Origin: Camelus dromedarius
Taxonomy: Eukaryota
Direction: 5' to 3'
DNA length: 64,000 nucleotides
Assembly (NCBI RefSeq): GCF_036321535.1
Contig: NC_087437.1
Location: forward strand, 21,888,001-21,952,000
Each line of letters begins with the position of its first letter. Positions within the stretch are counted from its first letter, which is position 1. Both the position numbers and the translations under genes were made by a program. Of this stretch, positions 39,123 through 51,263 are shown one piece after another. The notes below the pieces were generated by a model, which searched no databases, was not told the DNA's origin, and worked only from the letters and a program-made list of their open reading frames with translations.

Positions 39123-39250
39123 GGGACGGCGGTATAGCTCAGTGCTAGAGTGCATGCCTAGTGTGTATGAGGTCCTGGGTTCAATCCCCAGTACCTCCAT
39201 TAAATAGGTAAATAAATAAACCTAATTACCCTCCCCCCTCCAAAAAAAAA
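39123..39250 (+). mobile_element. tRNA-derived SINE, vic-1-like
   Basis: A and B boxes; TSD aaaaggtgt(a/g)gttct at 39108-39122 and 39251-39265. Confidence 0.9.
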
Positions 39251-39893
39251 AAAAGGTGTGGTTCTCTCAAGAAAGAGGGCATGGAAAAGTTTTACAAGAG
39301 AAAACAGTCTGAGGCCACAGATGACTCTTACTCTAGCCAGATGTCTCACAAATGTGAAGCCACAAGGAGAGAGCAAGAGAGAAACAGGGTGTGTGAGGGA
39401 CTCAGAGATGCCAGAAGCCACAACCCAAAGGGCACATCGTCCTTGGGACGGTGGTTAGCAGCGTAAACAGAGGCGGCACCTCCATTATTTCCACGACCGT
39501 ATCTCCAAGCTTGCCAACCTCCTAGCTAACTCTGCTTATAAATTCTCCTCCACTCGGACCCCTATCCCCCAAGTAAGCTTTTCGAAAAACATAAATGAAA
39601 TTAAAACCAAAAGAAAAATGGATAAACTGACATGCTATTTAAGTAAAAAAGCCCAGGATTCCCAGAAGAGAGTTTAGTCAGCAGGAGAAAAGACATCAAA
39701 TCATTTTGCTCAGATGGTGTGACATTTAAATGAAATGTTCTGTGACAACAGCACATTTAGGAAAAAATCATAAAAAGAAGGCACTAGTGGATGGGAAGAA
39801 AAGTGGAGAGAGGCTTAGAACAAACTCACTAGTCCAGACTGTGTATGACTGGCACAGGTGGCTTGGAAAGTTATGGCAAGGTAGAGGTACTTA

Positions 39894-40424
39894 TGTTGCT
39901 AGAAAATGGGGTGTGACAGGATGGCCTTGTCACTCTGAGGGTCCTTGGCTTCACGCAGGAAAGAATTCAAGAGCAAGCCACAGTAGAGTGAAAGTAGATT
40001 TATTCAGGAAGATACACACTCCACAGACAAAGTGTGGGCCATCTCAGAAGGCCAGAGAGGCCCCAGGAGATAGAGTGGTCTCAGACAATGAGAGTGGCCC
40101 TGGGGTGCAGGGGTGGCTTGTTTTTATGGGCTGGGTAACTTCATACGCTCACAAGTGGGAGGATTACTCCAACTATTTGGGGGAAGGGGCAGGGATTTCC
40201 AGGAATTGAGCCCTGTCTACTTTTTAGCCTTTTATGGTCAGCCTGGGAACAGTCATGGTGCCTGTGAGTGTGTCATTTAGCATGCTTATGTATTACAATG
40301 AACCTATAATGAGACTCAAGGTTTCCTGGAAATCAAACCTTCTGCCATCTTGGGTGGCGTTGGTTCTAACCAGTTTATGTCCTGGCCTCAGTGGTTGTGC
40401 TCTGCCACCTTCCTTCCTGTCTCA
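39894..40424 (-). mobile_element. ERV1-type solo LTR, same family as 28776-29361
   Basis: TG...CA ends, 4-bp flanks ctta/atta, AATAAA on the minus strand at 39999-40004. Shared blocks with the other copy, e.g. ggaggatta(c/t)tcca and ttggggaaggggcag. Confidence 0.82.
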
Positions 40425-40769
40425 ATTACATTCAAACAGGACCTGGCACTCCTCCATGGCATCCCCTGTCCGTTCTTATTTCTTCAATTGCAAACCTTGG
40501 GATTATTCATAAAATGAGAAAACCCACATTTCACCAAGTACCCTTTCCTCAAAGCCCTTGGCTGCCTATAAAATGACGGCTGATGTGTTATTCTGTGGGT
40601 TTTTAATTCAAGAAAATGATTCTTCAAACTAAAGTCCTACAGTGCCAGATACAGTAGTTCTCCTTTTATCACCCCCAACTTGGCCATGTTCCCAGGTAGG
40701 GTCTTGGTGTTTCCTTGATATCTCTGACCCCATTCAGGCCAGAATGTTTCAATCCTAAAACACTTAAAA

Positions 40770-41600
40770 ACAAAATTCACTGAGGTAAAATTTACAAACT
40801 CTACAACTCATTCATTGTACATTTCAATGATTTTTAGTAAATGTTTAGAGTTGGGCAGCCATCAACACAATCCAATTTTCAAACATGTCCATCACTCCAA
40901 AAAGATTCCTCACGCCCACTCAGTCATTCCCCACTCCCATGTCCAGCCTCACACAACCACCAATCTACTTTCTGTTTCAATAGATTTTCTTTTTCTGGGT
41001 ATTTCATATAAATGGAATCATACAATGTGTGGTCTTTTGCATCTGCCTTCTTTCACTTAGCATAGTGGCTTTGAAGTTCTTCCATGTTGTAGCATGAATT
41101 AGTACTTCATTCCTTTTTATGGATAAGCAGTAGTCCATTGTATGATATACCTCTTATTATTTATCCATCCATCAGTTGATGGATACTTGAGATGTATAAT
41201 TTTTGGCTATAATTAATAACGCTTTTATAAACATCTTTGTGCAAACTTTTATGTGGACGTGTGTTTTCATTTTTCATGCACCTAAGAGTCATGCAACTGC
41301 TGGGTCATATAGTCAATGTTTAATTTTAAAAGAATCTGTTTTCTAAAGTTACTACACTACTTCATATTCCTGCCATCAGTGTACAAGAGTTCCAGTTTCT
41401 CCACATTCTCAACATTTTTTATTATCTGTTTTTCAATTATAGTCATCCTAGTGGATGTGAAGTGGTAACACTGTGGTTTGGGCTGCATTTCCCTAAAGAC
41501 TAATGATGCTGAACATCTATCTCTTCACGTGCTTGTTGGCCATTCATGTATCTTCTTTGGTGAAATGTCTTTTCAGATCTTTTGCCTGTTGTTTTAAATT
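40770..41600 (-). mobile_element. Old L1M 3' fragment
   Basis: Motifs such as caaccaccaatctactttctgttt, atataaatggaatcatacaa and tgcatttccctaaagactaatgatg. Confidence 0.75.
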
Positions 41601-42169
41601 GTCCACCCTAAAACACTTTCCAGTTACAAACGGAAAGAAAAGCATCAAAACTTAATTTGTAATAAAGATGAGCATTTGAGTCACACTGCAAAATCTGGTT
41701 TCATACATCCATTTTATGCCAAGAGGTAGAGGCAAGGCCCCCCTAGCAACTTTGTTTGATGAAGTTATTCTACACAAAATAACAATGAGCTGAAAACAGC
41801 ACCTCTTAAAGAATGCTTTGGTAGGAACAATCAGCAACAATTTCTGCAGAGTATAGAAAGAAACAACACCCTGTGAAGGATGGAAGTCCCCTCACTGCTT
41901 TTCAGAGGAGGTATGAAAGAAAGCAACAATTAAACACATGGGGAAATTTTAGAAATAACTGCAAATACTAATATTATGTAATCAACATTAACTCATGATA
42001 TAAATATATTAGCAAAAACTAAGTTTGGAGAGCTTAGAATAATTTGTGTGACTGGGGAGAAAGAGGAGATACAGAAATGTGAAGACCACCTAATCTAAGG
42101 CTTGTTTTTCCCTTTAAAAAAAATGGAGTTCACTTAATTTGTTGTTTGGTATCACCATAATAATCATGT

Positions 42170-43500
42170 CCAAAAGACTCCTGTGAGCAACAGAAGAACA
42201 ACCAGGATAGGGAAACAGATCAATGGAATAGAACAGAGTGTCCAGAAAAAGACACATGCTTACAAGGTGAATCAATTTTTAGCAAAGGTGTTAAAGCACT
42301 TCAATGGGTAAAAGGACAGTCTTTTCAAAAAAAGATGTTGGAAAAACTAGAAATCCACAGAAGAATATGAATCTTGACTCCCACCTCCCATCATACACAA
42401 ATTAGCTTGAAATGGTTCACAGACATACATAAAAGCTAAACCTATAAAACTTCTAGAAGAAAATATAGAAAAATATCTTTACAATCCCTGTTAGCAAGAA
42501 AGGACTAACTTCAAGACTTTTTACTGATAAATTGGACTTCAAATATTTTTCTATTTCTGGCCATCAAAAGGAAAAAAAGAAACTCATAAAATGAGTAGAC
42601 AAACCATAGATGGTAAGAAAATACTTGCAATACATATACCTAATAAAGAATTTTATTCAGAATAAATAAAGAACTCCCACAACTTGAAAGAGACAAACAA
42701 TCTGGTAAGAAACATGGACACAAGACTTGAACAGACACTTTACAAAGAAAGACCAATGTGCACATGAAAAGAGTTCAACCTCATTAGTCATCAAGGAAAC
42801 GCAAACTAAAATCACAGTGAGACATTACTATACATCCTGTGGAATAGCTTAAATTAAAAAGACTGATGATGGTATCAAATGCCAGAATGTTGGCTCAAAC
42901 AGAACTTTCTACCGTTGCTGGTGGGAGTGTAAAGGGACCACCACTTTGGAAACTGATCTGGTAGTTTCATATAAAGTTAAACATATACCTATCCCACGAC
43001 AGGGCAGCTCTACCCCTGGGTAGCTAGGCAAGAGAAAAGAAAACACATATGCACTAAAACGACTCACACGAGAAGGCTCACAGCAGCTTTATTCATAACA
43101 GCCCAAATGTCCCTCAGCAGGAGAATGGATGAACGAATTGTGGTGTGTTCATACAATGGAACAATACTTAGTAATAAAAGGAACAAACTACTGACACAAT
43201 ACGAATAAATCCAAAAACATTAAGCTGAGTCAACTCTGAAGAAGAAAAAGGAATACATTCCAAATTATTCTATTTTAATGAAGTTCTAGAACAGAAAAAA
43301 CTAATCTGTGGTGCTTATACCATGGAGGGATGTGGAACTGGCCAGGAAGGAGCAAGAGGGGATGTTCTGGATGCTGGAAATATTCATCTTGACAGAGGTG
43401 TCAGTTACACAGGTGTATGCATTTGTCAAATACATTAAAATATAAATTTTAATTTTGTGCATTTCACTCTGTAAAGTATACCAGAAAAAAAAAAAAAACT
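42170..43500 (+). mobile_element. Old L1M ORF2 end and 3' UTR fragment
   Basis: A-rich strand, motifs gatcaatggaatagaacagagtgtccagaaa and aaacttctagaagaaaatatag, A tail at about 43485-43498. Confidence 0.78.
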
Positions 43501-43812
43501 AACCAAAGCAAGCAGATACACACAATGCCATGCAGGTGGTACAAACATATGTCTATCAACTAGGAAAGTGCTTGCCAAGCTTACTTAATGCCCAATAAAT
43601 GTTGGCTAAAATTACAAGTGTTATCTATCATGACAATGCTATCCACAACACTGTGCAAACTTTAAATCTGCTATTTAGAAAAAAGTTTGAAATTGATATG
43701 AATCTGTATAACAAATTGCTATAAAGTTTAGACATAGTCAATCACCCTGTTGTCGATTATAAAAATCCCACAATTTATTACATGCCACATCCAACTTATC
43801 CTGTCTTGTTAA

Positions 43813-44594
43813 TGAAACCCAGTCTCCCTAAAACTGGGTTCCCCTGCCGAGTTTATAATTAATCTCTCTATCCAAAACTTTACTCTCTTTCTTGTCCCAC
43901 CCCTGTTCCCCTCAGGATCAAAGAGTATCAAAGAAAAGGGGGGACTGAAATCAAGCAGGACCCTGTGAGCCCACCTGGGTACAAAAGCATCTCCACGTCC
44001 CCTATTTCTTGTTTGTAGAAAAAGGCTATAGTCTCCTAGAGGCCTTCCCTGAGTTCCAAAGAGCAGACCAAGCATTTACTAATTAGAGAAGTTGAAAAAA
44101 AATTAAGAAATAAAGGAAAAGCAGTTAAGCAAGATAGCTTGTACAGTAGTTCAATGATAAAACAGAGTCCTTGTTCCTCCTCAAGGAATATACATAACAA
44201 TGTGATGCACATCTTTGAGTTGTTCTGCAGAAAATAAGACCCACACCGTAATGGAAGATGGTGCCTACATGCTGACCACAAGCACTCAGAACCCAGACTG
44301 GCTGGAACCGGAAGGTTGATGTTTAATATCCCCAAAACATCACCCTGTTACCACACCACCAACCAATCAGAAGAAAGTCCATGAGCTGCAATCCTCAACC
44401 CAAATGTTGCCTTTAAAAACCCTTCCCTGAAAGCCATCAAGGAGTTTGGGTTTCTTGAGCATAAGCTGCCAATTCTCCTTGCTTGGCCCCTTGCAAATAA
44501 ACACTGTACTTTCCTTCACCACAACCAGGGAGTCAGTATATTAGCTTTGCTGCAGAGTGGGCAGGCAAGCGGACCCAAGTTTGGCTCAGTGACA
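43813..44594 (+). mobile_element. ERV1-type solo LTR, long form
   Basis: Begins TGAAACCC, ends GTGACA, perfect TTAA TSD (43809-43812, 44595-44598), CCAAT and TTTAAAA motifs, AATAAA near 44495. Confidence 0.82.
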
Positions 44595-45016
44595 TTAACA
44601 CCAACTGTACTCTCAATCTGAAATAACAGCCATTCTGTATATAAATAAAACTAGAAAATATCAGTGGTTAATTTGATAGTTTCCCAAGAGAGCTAAAGCT
44701 GAATTGTTGCGGAGGGTTGTGACTTATGGTTCTTGGTTTCTGCTCAGAAATATACTGTGTGAGAAAACTGCAGCAGAACGTATTGATAACTTGTCAGTAA
44801 AACACAGGAACACAATGGCTGTAAACTCTTGCCAAATGAATGTAAGTTCCTCAAGGGCAGGGGTAAAAACACAAGGGAACGATGTTACTTCTTTTGTTTC
44901 TCCCAGGAAGGCTATCCAATTTTTTTCAATAAATTTATCAAATATTTATCAACAATGTACCATGTGTCAGGTCACATTGTTAGACTCTAAGAAAAGGTCA
45001 GAGGTAACTATGGCTT

Positions 45017-45586
45017 TGAAACTGAGCAGGACCCTGTGTGCCCCCCCCCTTCCCCACCCCCGTACATATACATTCAGTGTCCCGTTTCTGGTTTGCAGAA
45101 GATAGGCTTCAGCCTCCTAGACCTTCCCGGAGTTCCAAAGGGCAGATTCGAACAGCTGCTCATCAGGGGAGAGGATGCAGAAACAAGGTGGAACAGTCAA
45201 GAAACAATAGTGCAGCAACTAAAGCAGGGTCCTGGTTCCTCCTCAAGGAATAGACACAACAATATCTTTGAGTTCTTCTGCCCAAAGAAGGCCCCCACCC
45301 AGGTCAAGGATGGCAGCTTCAGGCTGAGCACAAGATTCCTGGGACAACACCCTGTTACCTCACCACCAAACAATCAGAAGAAAGTCACGCATCCTGCAGC
45401 CCTCACTCCAAATTTTGCCTATAAAAACTTCCCTCCGCCAAGACCATCAGGGAGTTCAGAGTTTTTGAGCACAAGCCACCCACTCTTCCTGCTTGGCCCG
45501 GCCTTAAAACTTTCTCTGCTCCAGACTCCGATGTTTCAATTTGTTTGGCCTCACTGTCCATCTGGCACATGACCTTGCGTTCAGCA
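45017..45586 (+). mobile_element. ERV1-type solo LTR, short form, related to 43946-44594
   Basis: Begins TGAAACTGAGCAGGACCCTGTG, ends CA, perfect GCTT TSD (45013-45016, 45587-45590), TATAAAA near 45420. Confidence 0.82.
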
Positions 45587-46097
45587 GCTTCTGAGAACAG
45601 CTTCTGAGAACATTGTCTCAGATCATGTTTCTCAAACTTTCAGCCTCCAAGGACCATTTAATGGATACTGGGAATACACACAGTTTGACAACTTTAGGCC
45701 TGTTTTTAAGTCTAAAATTAAATTAATGTACTGTCTTACAATTAACACTATTTTCACATAAACAAGAGGGCTGATTCTAAAGTGCACCGATACATCTGGT
45801 AACGGTCCCAAAGGCAGTCAGCTTTATTTTTTAATTCTTGTCTCTAAAAGTCAGAAACTCCTGAGAATAACAGGATGTCAAGAATGTGTTTGCTGTTTTT
45901 GTCAGGCTGATCCGGAGAGTCAAATCAAATTAGGACTCAGAGTAATGGAGTGATTGCTCATTATAAAGGGTAAAATTCTGTAAAATGTTAGGCTGATGGA
46001 CCTATCACACTCAAGACCTGGAAAGCTGACTGTTTCAAGTTGGGCAGGAACAGTGCACGGGTTCCTGATTCTGTCTCAGATAACATTTAGCTCTAGA

Positions 46098-46243
46098 GTG
46101 GGGAGGGTATAGCTCAGTGGTGGAGCACATGCTTAGCATGCATGAGGTCCTGGGTTCATTCCCCAGTGCCTTCACAAAAAAAGTTTTAAAGGAAAAAAAC
46201 CTAATTACTTCCCCCCCTGCAAACCACTCCCCCCCTCCCCCAG
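46098..46243 (+). mobile_element. tRNA-derived SINE, vic-1-like
   Basis: A and B boxes; 12-bp TSD tttagctctaga at 46086-46097 and 46244-46255. Confidence 0.9.
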
Positions 46244-46789
46244 TTTAGCTCTAGAAAGCATTTTTTCACATTCTGCTGCAGCATTTGAGCACGGCTTGAA
46301 AACAGGCCCAATAAACTGTTGAAAAGTGAAGAAAAATCTCCAGTGTTGGGAATATGCCAAACTCTCAGCAACCAAGCCCTCTGTACCACAGTTCAGTCTC
46401 AAAAGATTCCAATACCTTATTTTCAATGTAAAATAGTGATGGTAGGCTCTGAATAATAGGTTTAGGCTGGGCAAGAAATAAGATTTATTGCTGTAATACA
46501 CCAGAGCAGGTCATTTGAAGTAGAGGAAATGGCTTTATTGACATTATCAGTGAAGGGAAGCGTTCTTTTTTTGTTTTTTTTACTATATATCCTTCTTCAT
46601 TTCAGAAACTTGCATGAGCACCTTTATCTTCAGCAGCCAGCACACCTAAGAGCCATTTCCTGCAGCCAGGTCCTGGAACCGCACGCTTTAAAGACAGGGC
46701 TCACTGGTTGCCATCTGATCACGTTTGCATTTTTGTAACTTCTCCTGAAGCACAGATTCAAGAATACAAAGCAAATGTTACCTGCCTCC

Positions 46790-47260
46790 TGTTCTCTCTG
46801 CTGGTTAAGCAGTATTTGGAATGACATCTTGCTGTGGGGTCTGATGTACACCCCAGCTTAACATGTTGAAACAGAACCCCTGATCACCCCGGGCAAATCC
46901 GCTCCACCTGACCTTCCCTGTCACAGTTGCTCTCACTTCCATCCTCCCAGTGTGCTCAGACCAATGACTTGGAAGTCATCCTTGGCTCCCCTCTTTCTCT
47001 TGCACCCCACATTCTGTCCATCAGTAATTCTTATTGGCTCTACTCTAAAGTATACAGAAACTGACCATGCCTCACCCCCTCCATGGCTCCCACGCTGGTC
47101 CAAGCCATCATCATCTCCCAGCTGAATTACAGGAATAGCCTCCTAACTAGTCTCCCCACGTCGGTCCCTGCACCCCATGTTTTATTCTCAACACAGCCTC
47201 CAGGGTGATCCTTTACAAACTCAAGTCACATTACGTCACTCCTTGCCCAAAACCCTGCAG
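46790..47260 (+). mobile_element. L2 fragment
   Basis: ggtccaagccatcatcatctc...aatagcctcctaact...cagggtgatcctttacaaac. Confidence 0.65.
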
Positions 47261-47264
47261 TGCC

Positions 47265-47820
47265 GCTGGATGGTTAGTTTCACCTGTCACCTCAGCTGAG
47301 CTGCAGAACCCATAATTCAAACACTAACCTAGGGTTGCTGTGAAGGTATTTCATAGCTGTGTTAACACCTGCAATCAGCTCACCATAAGTAAAGAAGACT
47401 ATCTTGATTAATGGGAGTGGGCCTCGTCCAGTCAGCTGAATGGCTTTAATAGCAAAATCAAGGTTTCCCTAAGGAAGAAGGAATCCTGCCTCAAGACTGC
47501 AGCACCAGTTCCTGGCCAGTCTACCCACTATAGCCCTACGAATTTCGGACTGGCCAGCTGCCACAATCACATAAGCCAATTCCTTGAAACAAATCTCTTT
47601 ATGCATGTACATATATACACGTGTATGTATTTACATGCACATATGTGTATGTTGCTGTGTGCGTGTGTTTATACGTATACACAGGTGTGTGTTTACATGC
47701 ACATGTGTGTATGTTTGTGTGTACATATGTTTATATGCATACATGGGTATGTATTTATATGCATGTGTTTGTACACAGGCTTGTGTGTATATGTACATCT
47801 CCTACTGGTCCTGCTTTGGT
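47265..47820 (+). mobile_element. ERVL MLT2-type LTR with internal (TA/TG)n expansion
   Basis: MLT2 motifs gttgctgtgaaggtattt and cctgcctcaagactgcagc; ccacaatcacataagccaattccttgaaacaaatctc precedes the simple repeat. Confidence 0.78.
47600..47797. repeat. Degenerate alternating purine-pyrimidine (TA/TG/CA)n tract
   Basis: Read directly; it generates spurious C/V/Y/M-rich ORFs. Confidence 0.9.
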
Positions 47821-50724
47821 CTTCATCACAGTCCACAAAATAACACCAAGTGGAAAGAAAAATCTCGCCTCTTATTGGCCTGGCTCTGCCACAGAAGCTA
47901 CCGTGTCTGTTTCCCTCATAAAGGTTTCCAGGATCACTGGGGTAAGTGTGAAAATCACTGTTCAGCCAGAGGCAGGTATAATCATCAACAGAACGGTGAT
48001 TTTACAGTTCATTCATCCTCACGAGATGTGAAGAATTCCCCCCAAGTGGCTTTTTTCCAAAAGATTTATGACCAAAATGGAATGAAATATTTAAACTTAA
48101 ACATAATACTTTAGGGGAGGTGACTTAATGTTATAAATGCTCATTCACCAAATAATTCTACAAATGTTAGAATTATGCTATAATCTCATCTCTTTCATTC
48201 AGCCTTTTGCCACTTTTTATAAGGATTTGATGGCTTTAAAAGAAAGTGTTTTTCCCAAAGCTAAATAGCTAACAGAATACACCCGTAACTCATATTAACT
48301 GTTCATCTATTTCTCTATTTAACTATTTACAAATTCCAACCCCAAATGGTTTTATACATAAAATTAGCAGCTATCAAAGTCAACATTAATAATGCAGCAT
48401 TGGACTCTTGCACATACGCGAAGTGTAATGTGCATTTATACTGTAACTAACTGTGCCCTGGGATGTCAACATAGAAGCCACAATAAGAAGACCTTCAGTC
48501 CGTGATGCTGCTAAGAAATGTTCACCCATACTGGAAAGTAAATATTCAGTAACCAACATTAAATCCAAATGGTGCGTTGTTTAGTTCATGTCACTGAAGT
48601 AGATATGCTGAGGAACTGGTGGTCACACAAGGACAACCATACAGTGACTGACAATGCACAAACCGGGGTGGGGGGCTGCAGACAGCACACACGTGGAACA
48701 CAACTAGAGGTGCAGCCGGGCAGGACACAGGAAGAGAGCCTCTCTTTCAACGACAGCATTCTACAGACTACGAACATTTTCAGAGCAAGTCGCCTTCCCC
48801 AGAGATCTCTGGCAATAAACAGATACTCTTCTGCAGAGATCTATGGCTTCCGTGTTGTTCTGCCTAAAAGCAGGTGCAGTAATTAATTGACCTGTTCATT
48901 CATTCACTTATTTATACATCCATTCTTTCTTTCAACTACTACTGCCTGTGCCAAGCACTCTATTAACTACTTGGAAAACAGACAACTAAAATAAGGGTCT
49001 TGTCCTCAAGAGCTTTACAGTTAGTAAAGGACGCAGATGGTCAGTGATCAGCGCTGCAATAAAGATACTCCCCAGATGCTACAGGAACACAGAGGCAGTA
49101 GATTCCAGCCTGCACTGGGGGATAGAGAGATAGGAACGCTGTCTGATAACTTTTTTCTGACTTAATAATTCTATGATTTATTTCTATGTTGAGAAATGTA
49201 GTTTCATTATTTTCAGATGGATACAGCTAAGATTTATAGAGAATACTGAAACAATATACACCTTGCTAAGATTTATAGGAATAAATAAATGTATATAAGA
49301 TTTATGGAGAACAATAAATCAAGTTCACTAAAATTATAACTCACAATGATAAAAACAAGTATATTGGGCAGCTAACTCTTAAAGTAGCTGCCTGGCTCCT
49401 GATGATTCCCTGACTCTAAAAAAATTTTTTTCTACCACACAGATGTATCTCCAAATAATACATGCTTAGTTGTAATCTCTGAAGGGCAATGGACAATGGT
49501 ACAAGTTCCTAAGGCTTGATGATTGTGCCAGAATCCCCCCTAAAATCCCAGTCGTTTTGGAGCACCTCCAAGGGATGCATACACAGGTTCACAAAGCCGT
49601 CTGGCTCCCTAGCGGTAACGTCCACATGTCTTTCCTCTCTTATTACTGTAAAACATTTTGGTGGCTCCTCAAAACGCTAAACATAGAAGTACCACATGGT
49701 CCAGCAATTCCACTCCTAGGCGTAGGCACAAAGGGATTGAAAGCAGGGACTCAGACAGACACTTGTACACCAATGGTCACAGCAGCATTATTCAAAATTG
49801 CCCCCCAAAAAGTGTCCATTCACAAATAAATGGATAAACAAAATTTTCTTGTTGATGGATGTGCCCTCCAAGTCCCCTGAACAGGCTGATGAAGAGGAAG
49901 CCTCTACCTGTTTCAAGGATGCTAATTCTTGATGCTCTGTGGGGACAATGACAAGTTTCCTCCCAACTCTGCATCACACCGTGTCACCTGGCACCCAAGG
50001 CAAAGCTACTCACAAAAACTGACCATTCAGCCCGTCCCCTCTCCACATCCCAAAGCACCTTACAAAAGTAAAAACCAAACAAATCAAATACAAAGAAGCA
50101 AAGAGGCAAACCAAATCCACTACTTTCTCTGCAGGAGCTAAACTTAACTCATGAGTAAGGCCTTCCCACTCATAACCATCCAGAATACATTTTGTACTCT
50201 ACTTATAATGGACTAGAAACCCCAGAAGTTGCTTAATGCCACATACCCAATCATCTGCATTCAGAGCAGTGATGACCTCACAATGTTTTCAAGAACCATC
50301 AGTGGAGAGATGTGTTGCATCATCCAGGTTTCAGCTCAAATGTCCCATCACCTGCATCACTTTGTTTCATTGTCTTCATAGTACTTATTCCCACCCCGCT
50401 CTCTGTGATCTACTTTAGTGTCTCTCTTCCCCTCTGGAAAGTAAACACCATCAGTGCAAGAACCTTCACTATTATATCTCCAGAATACAAAACAGGGACT
50501 GACACATATTAAGCATTCACTAAATATTTCATGGATGAATTAATAAATTTTCTTTTTTCAGTATTTACCACATGTTAAGCATTGTTCTTAGTACCATACA
50601 TGTGCTAATTTAATGCCCAAAGGGATCCTATGAGGCAGGGAGTATTATTAGCCGTATTTTATAGTTGAGGAAGCTGGGGCATGGAAAGGTTAACAAACTC
50701 AGGGTCACACAGCTAGTAAGTCAT

Positions 50725-51263
50725 TGTTTTGGTAATTTGTTGCTGCATAACATACAACCCCCAAATTTGGGGGCTTAAATCAACAATGTTCTCTTATTTC
50801 TTATGGTTCTGTGAGTTCACTGGTCTCAGGCTGGTGGTTCTTGCTTGAATTATCTCATGCTGTTACTATCAGTTATCAACTAGGGCTTGAGTCATCCCAA
50901 GGCTTGACTGGGCCGGTCCTCCAAGATGACTTCTCCACTCACAGGCCTGGCACCGCAGCTGGGGACTGTCAGAGCATCCTTCTCTCTCTCCATGAAGCCT
51001 CACTACATGGCCAGCTTGGGCTTCCTCACAGCATGGTGGTCCTTACATGGCAGCTAGCTTCCCCTAGAATTCACATTTTAAGAGACTAAGGCAAAGCTTT
51101 AAGATTTCACATGCCCTCGCCTGGAAGTCATGCAGTGTCACGTCCGCCCCATCCTATTTTCCCACAGGGCCAGCCCAGATTCCATGTTTGGCAGTACTGG
51201 GAAAAGGTGCAAATTCCAGGAAGTGTGGGTACTTAGGGTCATCTTTGGAGACTCACCACCACA
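50725..51263 (-). mobile_element. Old MLT1-type LTR nested inside a MIR
   Basis: ttgctgcataaca...ggcttaaatcaacaa; gggcttcctcacagcatggtgg. MIR halves at about 50570-50722 and 51266-51320. Confidence 0.7.

Noticed and set aside
45036..45572. 178-aa ORF here and a 159-aa ORF at 39730..40209 as possible retroviral proteins
   Set aside because: They lie within or overlap solo LTRs and show no gag, pol or env motifs.
47584..48114. Cys/Val/Tyr-rich ORFs up to 176 aa
   Set aside because: They are translations of the (TA/TG)n tract inside an MLT2-type LTR.
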